The notes under the pieces are model-generated. The model did no database searches, was not told the origin of the DNA, and saw only the letters and a program-made list of their open reading frames with translations. A stretch of 54,837 bases of DNA, filler included, from Jimgerdemannia flammicorona (taxonomy: Eukaryota), in the NCBI GenBank assembly GCA_003990765.1. It is 2 parts of 2 records of this genome, joined end to end, with 100 filler letters (N's around TTAATTAATTAA, not from the genome) between each part and the next. Parts side by side here need not be neighbours in the genome. Positions count along the whole stretch, not along the records: positions 1 to 27,378 come from RBNJ01000634.1; 1 more part is not named here. One strand, given 5' to 3'. The position numbers and the translations under genes are program-made. Position 1 is the stretch's first letter. Each line of letters starts with the position of its first letter. Below are positions 1-8,959 of this stretch, piece by piece.

Positions 1-797
1 ATAAAACGAGTAGATAATAGCGGAAGAGTTTAGAGCGAGATGTGATACTGTTACGGTGGATATGAAGGTCGGCGGTAAAAGGTCAAACAGTTATGAAAAG
101 CTTATGTGAATTTTCACGACAGAATAGAAAGCGGAATAAAGTGTTTTCCGAAGCAAGGTGCAATAGATCTGCAACCCGCCCTCAGCACTACAATGCACGG
201 TGGTCTTTATTCAATTTGAGAAACAAAGTTCGGGTAAACAAAGACATGGATCTAACCCCAGAATTCCGGAATCGGATAGGTGCATAAGTACCCGGACCTT
301 GCCCCGATCCAAACAAAAGTCTGAATCAGGCTTCGTCGATCTACACACGTGGTGGGCCATTAAAAACCCGATATAGTAACAATCGGGAAAAGGTACCGGT
401 CACGTGATCTAATGTTACACAATCAGTAAACAATGCCAAAAACGGAACTAGACCAATGACATAACACGTGACATCATGTGATTGTCACTTATAGGTTTTA
501 AAAATCTAAAAATCGTCGGCACCCGAAGGTGCAGGCGTCAGGCCTAGAGCCTCGCAACCGGAGCGGAGTAGAGCCTCGGCACCGGAGCGAGCAAAGCGAG
601 CGGAGGTAGACAGGCGTCACGGAGCGTAGGTATGCAGGCGTCAGGTCTAGAGCCTCGCAACCGGAGTGGAGTAGAGCCTCGGCACCGGAGCGAGCAAAGC
701 GAGCGGAGGTAGACAGGCGTCACGGAGCGTAGGTATGCAGGCGTCAGGCCTAGAGCCTCGCGCCAGAGGTTGTCCGGCGATTTTTCGTATTTTTAAA
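1..797 (-). repeat. Inverted copy of the PLE 3' pseudo-LTR, with one extra 103-bp unit
   Basis: 1-797 is the reverse complement of 4498-5195 apart from transitions, one additional tandem unit and a 4-bp indel. Confidence 0.95.
530..761. repeat. GC-rich 103-bp tandem repeat (~2.3 units)
   Basis: TGCAGGCGTCAGG recurs at 530, 633 and 736; only ~1.3 units in the 3' copy (~4538-4661, reverse complement). Confidence 0.95.
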
Positions 798-1297
798 ACC
801 TATAAGTGACAATCATGTGATGTCATGTGTTATGTCATTGGTCTAGTTCCGTTTTTGGCATTGTTTACTGATTGTGTAACATTAGATCACGTGACCGGTA
901 CCTTTTCCCGATTGTTACTATATCGGGTTTTTAATGGCCCGCCATGTGTGTAGATCGACGAAGTCCAATTCAGACCTTTGTTTGGATCGGGGCAAGGTCC
1001 GGGTACTTATGTACCTATCTGATTCCGGAATTCTGGGGTTAGATCCATGTCTTTATTTACCCAAACTTTGTTTCTCAAATTGAATAAAGACCACCGCGCA
1101 TTGCGGTGCTGAGGGCGGGTTGTAGATCTATTGCACCTTGCTTCGGAAAACACTTTATTCTGCTTTCTGTTCTGTCGTGAAAATTCACATAAGCTTTTCA
1201 TAACTGTTTGACCTTTTACCGCCGACCTTCATATCCGCCGTAACAGTATCACATCTTGCTCTAAACTCTTCCGCTATTATCTACTCGTTTTATAATA
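790..1297 (+). repeat. Partial direct 5' pseudo-LTR of the PLE, probable promoter region
   Basis: Matches 4688-5199 directly and 1-504 in inverted orientation; ends 6 bp before the ORF1 ATG (1304). Confidence 0.95.
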
Positions 1298-1303
1298 CAC
1301 AAC

Positions 1304-2463
1304 ATGACAGATAATATGAATGTAGATGGCGATGCTGCCGTCCCCAAAGCTTCCTTCGCCGATTTGGCGGAGTTCGACAACCTTGCAGCCTAAGTTGCTG
1401 CTGCGTCTACCGAGGTCCCTACCTACTTCCGTGCTGCTTGCACCAGAGTGCTCTCTGCCCTTGAGGTCGTCGCCGTGAAAGAACACCGTGCCGATTTCCT
1501 GTGGGCCCAAGTTGCCGATTGGAGGTTTACTCCTTCCAAGAAGGTAGCTGCTGCCATTGCCCTCCTACCTGAGGAGCAGCATGGTGCCGCCCTTGCTACT
1601 GCCTCGGCAGAAGCTAAGCGCCGCGTCTCTGCCGCGATCGAGGCTGCCGTTTCTGATCAAGAAGCTGCCGCCCAGCATGCTAAGGACCAGCATGCTAAAA
1701 TCGACAAGGCCATGGGTGGTTCTTCCAATGCTCATCAATTTTTTGGTGTATCGGTTGATATCACTCTTGGGGTTGCCAAGAATATTGCTACCCTTGCTGC
1801 CACCGACAGAGCTAAGATGAACTTGTTCTTGTTCCGTGGTTTTGATGTTGTCGTGTGTCAATCTCGCCATCTTGCCGCCACCGCCACTGCCAAAGCCGCC
1901 GCTGCTGCTGTCCGCCCGACTGCCCCTGCGTCCTCCTCCCTGCAAGATGGGATTTCCGCTGCCGCCCGCAAAGCCGTGGTTGAGGAGCTTGGGAAGCGCC
2001 CCGAGATTGTTACTCCGGGTGCCAAACACACATTTGCTTCTGCTGCCGCCGGGTCCGCCCGACTGAAAAAGAGTGTCCCCACCCCCCTACCCTCTACCGC
2101 TGTGCCTGCGGGGGCTGTGGGAAAGGTGAAGGAGGTGAAGGTGATCTCGGCTTCCATTGTGCTGAACTGCCGTAGCTGTTCTGGATGCCTTGGTGTGCCT
2201 ACGAAGGCCCACCGTGGTCCTTGCCCCCTAGCCCCCACCTTGATAGAGGGTTCTGTAAAAGGGGTCAAGCGAGCGCGTAAGGCTTCGCCTTCCCGTCCGT
2301 TTCTTCTGCTTCTACCGGGACCAGCCGCTCGTCGACTTCGAGCCGCTCGTCTAAGAGCGCCGCCAGGGCGTTTGTGCCGCAGTGCAACAAGTGTACTGCC
2401 GCCAAACGTCATGTCGTCTGGCATAATGCTGGCGATGCCTGCCCTCTAGCATCAAAAAACTAG
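1304..2463 (+). pseudogene. PLE ORF1 (~386 codons), Ala-rich helical N-terminus plus two Cys/His motifs
   Basis: ATG at 1304 is in frame with ORF 1448-2449, with an internal TAA at 1391. An inferred 1-bp frameshift near 2293 restores ...SVSSASTG...CNKCTAAKRHVVWHNAGDACPLASKN*. First motif is CRSCSGCLGVPTKAHRGPC. Confidence 0.75.
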
Positions 2464-2500
2464 AGGTCCCCAGCCCGGAAGTCTTATATGATTTCCCGGC
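2454..2500 (+). promoter_or_regulatory. Putative -1 programmed ribosomal frameshift signal (A AAA AAC plus downstream hairpin)
   Basis: Heptamer 2454-2460 is in the ORF1 frame directly before TAG; the -1 frame is open into RT. GCCCGGAAGTC/GATTTCCCGGC stem at 2473-2500. Confidence 0.7.
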
Positions 2501-4466
2501 AGCATGGTTTGGCCCCGATGTCCCCATTCCACGTGGGGTAGTGGCCTCGACACCAATTGAGGATTTTGCCTTCGTGTCTTCTCTTCCTGGTTCCCGCTTA
2601 AGTCAGTTTTTCGTCCCTCGGTTTTGGATGTTTACCGAGGAGGACTTTATTACCAATATACCTCCACCTTGGCTTACCCCTGAGCTCACGTATATGCTGA
2701 ACTTTGGCCCTAAGTTTGTTCTCCCCAGGTTGGCATCGATGAACAGCACCATCAACCTGATTTCGTTGTCGTCGTTCCAACGGCGTCTCGACCTTGCCAC
2801 CTTCTGGATCTCTATGGGTAATCCTGATGACATCCCGGAGATCTCCGCCTGGGTGCCATCTAAATGGCGACTGCCGCATTGTATGGAAAATATGCAAATT
2901 ATGCTCCATATGAGTGCCGCTTTGAATCAAGCTGTCTGACCCATGACGAATGTGTCCGGCGCGCTTATACCGAAGAAGTTCTGCCGCCTTCTCAAAGACG
3001 TCCATACTCATGATGACTTCACTGTCTGTCTTACCAACAAAAATCTGGGGTTCGCCGTTATACCGCGCACTCTATATCTCGACAGTCTTCGGTCCCTCCT
3101 TCACAATCCTGCGTACGTGAATGATCCCTCTATGATTGATAACGTTAAGGAATCAGTGAGGCTAGACCTTCTTGGTCTACTCGAGTTCTGCATCGGTGAT
3201 CATAATTGTATGCCGATTTGGGAACACCTCATGGAACCCATCGATTGTAAGCTACCTGTGTTTCACGCTTTGCCCAAGGTACACAAAGGGGCTCGCATGG
3301 CATGGCGCCCTATCGTTGGTGCGTTTAACTCTCCCACGACCGAGATTTCGTGTTTCCTATCTCGCTTTCTCCGTCTGTGGTCGGCCCATCTGCGCCATAA
3401 TGTGGGTTACTCTCGTTATTCACCTCTACATGATATGCTCAAACTGCTTCAATTGGTTCGATCGGATTACTTTGACATGTCAGATTGCTTATATGTCGCT
3501 ACTGGAAATTTCGCCACCTTCTACACCAGGTTCACATTAGATGAGTGCATTGACTGCCTCACCTTTTTGTCGACAGTGGCCTTTCCCCCTGGCTCTTTGC
3601 CGCTTGAAGCCATTCTCGGCCTTGTCCGCATAGTCATGACTCGTATGACATTTACATCCGCCATTGGTTCCTTCCGCTCTGTGACTGGTATTGCTATGGG
3701 CACTAATTGTGCTCCGGATCTTGCCAATCTTGTTGGTTTTGCTCATGAGTTGCGTGCCTTGCAAGTGCCCGATCATCTGCTTAGCCGAGCCATCGCTGCC
3801 GGGCTAAAGTTCTGCCGGTATATTGACAATCTTATTGTCTTTATGCCTGCGATCATAGACTTGGCCTTGATCTTTGCTGCCGTATACCCTCCGCACCATT
3901 GTATCGAATGGGAAGTCTTGTCCGCCGGACCGTGCCATTACTTAGACCTGGAAATCTGAGTCGCACCGTTCCGCATAGGCCGCTTTGCGAAATTCCCGCA
4001 TAGTACTCAGTTTGTCGACTGGTTGAGCAATCATCCTAGGAAGATGCTCCATCTATGCATTGTGAATGAAGCCCGCTGCCTTTCGCTACTCTGCTCATCT
4101 CGCCGTGATTGGCTTGATGAGTATCGATCTTTGGCCGAGTTCCTGGTTCACAGGAAAGGATACCCTGTTGATGTTATAACTGCTCAATTGAGTTTGGTTG
4201 ATTGGCTTGAGGTCCGAACTTCACTTCTCACCCCTCCCCTTATTTCCCACCCCCCCATCCCCCACTCCGCTTTTCCTCCCCCGCTACTTGTCGTCCAATA
4301 CGACATGGCCCGATGGCTACATCAACAGCCCGACAAGACTCTACATATCGCTTTGCTTCATTTTGGTTTCCCTGTGACCGCCCGACGACCAATCATCGCC
4401 CGGAAGAACGGTTTTACTGTTCTTAATGCCGTCTCAAACACCAGCTTCGCTCTAAGTCCTCCTTGA
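2454..4466 (+). pseudogene. PLE reverse transcriptase (~670 codons), no endonuclease domain
   Basis: ORFs 2541-2939, 2943-3959 and 4023-4466 share one frame, split by TGA at 2937 and 3957. Catalytic Asp positions read Asn (TGNF, YIDN). Confidence 0.9.
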
Positions 4467-4497
4467 AGGCCGCACCGCTCATACGTGCCGTACGATG

Positions 4498-5220
4498 TTT
4501 AAAAACGCGAAAAATCGCCGGACAACCTCCGGTGCGAGGCTCTAGGCCTGACGCCTGCGTACCTATGCTCCGTGATGCCTGTCTACCTCTGCTCACTTTG
4601 CTCGCTCCGGTGCCAAGGCTCTACTCCGCTCTGGTCACGAGGCTCTAGGCCTGACGCCTGCGCCTTCGGGTGCCGACAATTTTTAGGTTTTTAAAACCTA
4701 TAAGTGACAATCACGTGATGTCACGTATTACGTCATTGGTCTAGTTCCGTTTTTGGCATTGTTTACTGATTGTGTAACATTAGATCACGTGACCGGTACC
4801 TTTTCCCGATTGTTACTATATCGGGTTTTTAATGGCCCGCCACATGTATAGATCGACGAAGCCCGATTCAGACCTTTGTTTGGATCGGAGCAAGGTCCGG
4901 GTACTTATGCACCTATCCGATTCCGGAATTCTGGGGTTAGATCTGTGTCTTTGTTTACCCGAACTTTGTTTCTCAAATTGAATAAAGACCACCGCGCATT
5001 GCAGTGCTGAGGGCGGGTTGCAGATCTATTGCACCTTGCTTCGGAAAACACTTTATTCTGCTTTCTGTTCCATCGTGAAAATTCACATAAGCTTTTCATA
5101 ACTGTTTGACCTTTTACCGCCGACCTTCATATGTATCCGCCGTAATAGTATCACATCTCGCTCTAAACTCTTCTGCTATTATCTACTCGTTTTATAATAA
5201 AAAAAAATAAAAAAAAAAAA
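4498..5220 (+). repeat. 3' pseudo-LTR plus poly(A) tail of the PLE
   Basis: Starts ~30 bp after the RT stop; homologous to 1-797 and 790-1297; A-tract at 5196-5220. Confidence 0.9.
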
Positions 5221-6276
5221 CCATACCAGAATCATCAAGACCGGGAGTTAGTGCTTCTAACAAGTCAATTTAATCTGGATGGAATTCAGATTGATTTAGA
5301 TTGAATCCCATCTGGATGGATTTCAAATTAATGATTGTTTTGATTTCCAAATTAGACAATTAAATGTTTATATTAATAACTTTATCCAAATTTGATGATC
5401 TTGGTATCATTTGAAAGCTCTTAATAAGGCCTATCTAATGATATCAAGAACATTGAAATCAGATCATACATTGCTGAGTTATAAAGGAAACTGTCTGAAT
5501 CACTGATTTTGGAAATTATTTGATTTGCCAATTTTGGAAATTTTGTCAAATAGAATGGTTTCCTTAATATCTCGGTAATATGTAATCTGATTTTAATGTT
5601 CTTAGTATCATTAGAAAGGCCTTATTAAGAACTTTAAAATAACACTAAGATCATCAAATTTGGATAATTATTCATCAAGTTATTTATGTAAAAATTTAAT
5701 TGTCTAATTTAGAAATTAAAACAATCATTGATTTGAATCCATCCAGATGGGATTTAAATCCCATCTGAGTTGATCTGGATGGAATTTGAATCCCATCTGA
5801 ATCCCATCCAGATTGACTTGTTCAGAGCACTACCAGGAGTGGTCTGGCCAAAAGTGAAATCTCAGTTAAAGGAAGAGTAATTGACCCTGATTATACTAGT
5901 AAGATCTTCCTTATAGTTAGAAATCACAACTCCACCACCCCATTCAAAGTCAAGAAGTATGACAGGATTGGCCAGATTCTGATCCATGAAGTCAAGCAGC
6001 CCAAGATCACTGAAGCCATTAAACTTATCAAGACTAAGAGAGGAGAACAAGACTTTAGATCTACTGGAAGAGGAGCCTATGCTACCATCAAGATTACCAA
6101 CTTGAGTACAAGAAAGATAAGGACCAGAATAAGCACACATATACCATTGAAAAGAACTTTCCTCTAGAAGAACAACTTCTTAAGATCCTGCACCAGAATA
6201 AAGAAGTACTCACTACAGACTTTAGAGACATTTATAATCAAGAACCCAAGTACTACTATGAAGTTGACACTAGTAA
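5221..6276 (+). mobile_element. Ty3/Gypsy element B, pre-RT segment (continues at 22672)
   Basis: The TSD of element A joins this segment to the RT-coding sequence at 22672; same A-rich coding composition. Confidence 0.6.
5249..5832. mobile_element. Palindromic hAT-type MITE, copy 1
   Basis: TAGTGC...GCACTA termini, long internal inverted arms, 8-bp TSD CCGGGAGT/CCAGGAGT. Confidence 0.9.
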
Positions 6277-8320
6277 TATAAAAGGGTTACTTATTAGAGT
6301 AACTATTATATAGTTCTAAAAGAGTTTTCTGGAAGTTCTGGAAGACTGTTTTCTTAAGGTTAAGATCAATTTCATATAGAGTATATCCTCTATGCTTATT
6401 GATTTCAAGATTAGGTTAATATCTCAATTAAAGTCCTTATTTGAACTATTTCTAGATATTTAGAATTTTCCATATTTTAGGAAGTTTAAGAAACTAAGAC
6501 CAGCTTAGTTGAATTGACATATTACTGCAGACAATACCCCATCAGGAAATTTTGTAATAGGGTTAGAAGTAGGACCTAATGGAGAGTAGATTTACTTAAG
6601 AGTAGTTTGTAAGTTATTAAATAGGTTTATTCACTATTCATGATATTACTATACTAGGAGTAGTTATGTGAAGAAATATTGTGGGGAAGTGTTCAGAAAT
6701 ATTCTTATATGTTCAAGTCTACCATTCTGAGGTCTGAGAGAGGGGGTATTTATACTAGTGAGGAGCTATCTGGACTATACTAGATATAGATGTAGTACTT
6801 AGTGCTTTGCTGAGTCAGAATATAGTTATATAGTATAAGTGTGATCTAACATATCAAGGGATCATCTAACTGCTGAGTCAGTTCACAGTCACATCATACA
6901 AGATTAATCTAATTATACTATAACTGCTAAGCTATCTATAGATTTAGATGCTATTTGAGTAGTCTTCAATGATATTATCATTGATGAAGTAGTTGTCTAG
7001 AAAGAGTTATTTACAGATTAATTCTCCTTATTTACTGAGGTAATAATATATTGGAACTTCATCACCATCCCATAGAATAGCATCATCTATCTCATATGCT
7101 AGATAAGGTGTTAATAGGTAAAAGAGAGATATATCATCTTTACTTTCATTGGATTTGCTATCTGTATACCTTCTATAAGTTATGGCACTATGAGTTGCTG
7201 AGTTGTAGTAAGCTGGTGGCTATAGTTCATATTGTTCGTACTCAGGTAGTAGAGTTGTTGATTCGATCTTAAGGGTTGTCTAGAGATACAGATTGTATTC
7301 TCTGGTCTCTTCATTATAGTTGAAGTAATTAGGAGTAAATACAGATTAGTACTCATACCAGTGATCATTGTCTCAATAAGTCTCATATATAGTTATGAAC
7401 TATTGTAAGTTCATTGGCAAGATTGGTAGAGTGATCAGAGTTGGTAGAGATCCTTGGCTGGAGGTCATGTTAGTATCAGAGGAATAATTATCTTCTGCTT
7501 TGTCTTTATCAAATCAGATTATATCATAGACATCCTTCATAGTATATCCAACTTGAGGTATTTGCAGGATATGGTCATTGGGGTGCAGGAAGGTTCTGTC
7601 TGTAGTCTGAATATACTCAAGGTACTTGTGGTTGAGTTCTTATATCATATCATCTATTTGGCCATAGGATAGAGTAGTGACTATTTCAGCAGTAGTAACT
7701 TAGAGATAGAGAATAACAGTACTATACTCATAGAAGAGTTCTCAATATTTGTAGGCAATGAGTTTCTGGTGTTAAGACATTTAAGTAATATCTATATCAT
7801 AGTAGTATTTGATTATATCTTCTAGGAGGTAGCTAATCTGGTAGTAGCTTGAGATTTGTCCAATTTGATAGGCCTCACTAAGTATGTTCAGGACATTCCA
7901 TTGAGCTTTCACAAAGTAGAGGAGTGCTAAGCTATAGATATTCATAAGAGGTAGAGGAAGTGTGGCTCAGTTGACAATGGTATTCCAAATATCAGCATGG
8001 ATATAGTTGTAGATCTCAGTGGTCATATTTGTGTATATTTAGGAGTTGAGGTTGTTTGTTTAGTTTGTTTTGGTTTTCTGTTTCAATATATCTCAGTGCT
8101 TGGTATATATACATTTGGTCCTAATTAGTAAGATTTTATTTGTATGAATCTTATATTCTATGACTTCAAGTTGACTCAGCTTTATGTGCTGTGACTTTGG
8201 TTTAACTCAGCTTCATAATCTTACAGGTGATTTCTAGATTTGTTCAGAGGTCATATGTGATTTTAGTGGCTTGTCTAAGAGTGATGTGTGATTCAGTGAC
8301 TTGGAGGTTGTATGCTTACA
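6277..8320 (-). repeat. 3' LTR of element A
   Basis: Colinear with 20765-22671; adjacent PPT; TATAAATACCCC on the minus strand near 6750. Confidence 0.9.
6944..8026 (-). pseudogene. 360-codon ORF of unknown function inside the LTR U3 (family A)
   Basis: ATG at 8026 to TAA at 6944 without a frameshift (MTTEIYNYIHADIWNTIVN...EDYSNSI). Internal stops are compatible with C>T/G>A changes. Same 1083-nt span in the other LTR. Confidence 0.75.
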
Positions 8321-8569
8321 ACTCTCCCCTTCTTAGCTTTCAATGTCCTCATCAAGACCTTCTAATTTTGTTCTAATATTGTTACACTATTTGAGAGGTC
8401 AAAAGTCTGATAAGGTCTATTTTTCTCAGAAAGTAGTATGCTCATAGTACAGTTACCTAATGTGTTAGATTTATATATTAAAGGGTTGTGTGTTCAATAC
8501 TGTATACCAGAAGTAGTGCTCTGCAAACTCAATCTGATTAATCCGAAACCTGACTTATATAACAGTTAA

Positions 8570-8790
8570 CCTGAAATTAGATGTTACCCATCTTTAACCC
8601 AACCCAGAATTATACATTATCTATCTTTAATCTGACTCAGAATTATATATCACCCATCTTTAACCCAACCCAGAATTGTACATCACCCATCTTTAATCTG
8701 ACCTGGAAAGATACATTACCCATCTTTAACCTAACCCAGAATTAAACATAACCCATCTTTAACCTGACCTGGAAATGTATATCACCTGAC
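8570..8790. repeat. hAT subterminal 33-bp tandem array (left)
   Basis: Unit ~ACCCATCTTTAACCCAACCCAGAATTATACATC. Confidence 0.85.
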
Positions 8791-8959
8791 CTATTATTTA
8801 TCCTTAACCCAAACCTAAACCTGACCCCTGAACCTGACCCTGAACTCGACTCCTGAACCCAATCCTGAACCCAACCCTCTGAACTCTGCCCTGAAAAAAT
8901 AATTCAGAAAATATTTGGATAATATTCAGAGTAATTGAAAGTGAAAAATATCTGAAGAC

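Larger units (their letters stand above)
1..5220 (+). mobile_element. Endonuclease-deficient Penelope-like retroelement (Coprina/Athena-like), near full length, inactivated
   Basis: PLE-type RT motifs (NKNLG, FHALPKVHK..WRPIV...SPT, GIAMGTNCAPDLANL, RYIDN, HP..RKGYP). No GIY-YIG motif seen. Pseudo-LTR present in direct and inverted copies; poly(A) at 5196-5220. Confidence 0.9.

Noticed and set aside
93..287. 64-aa ORF repeated at 93-287, 1007-1201 and 4905-5099
   Set aside because: It recurs only because it lies in the pseudo-LTR, is antisense to the element, and shows no recognisable motif.
1277..3776. Overlapping and antisense ORFs over PLE ORF1 and RT
   Set aside because: Expected shadow frames of GC-rich coding sequence.
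4455..4500. Possible hammerhead ribozyme (CTTGAAGG-GCAC..GTGC-CGTAC) at the RT stop
   Set aside because: Both core motifs deviate from CUGANGA and GAAA, and I could not build stems I and III.
1..5220. DIRS-type element, suggested by inverted termini plus an internal complementary copy
   Set aside because: RT motifs are PLE-type; no tyrosine recombinase or RNase H was seen.
8570..8890. Telomere-like or CRISPR-like repeats
   Set aside because: Spacer-less 33-bp units mirrored at 14080-14425 are hAT subterminal repeats; no (CCCTAA)n run and no cas genes.
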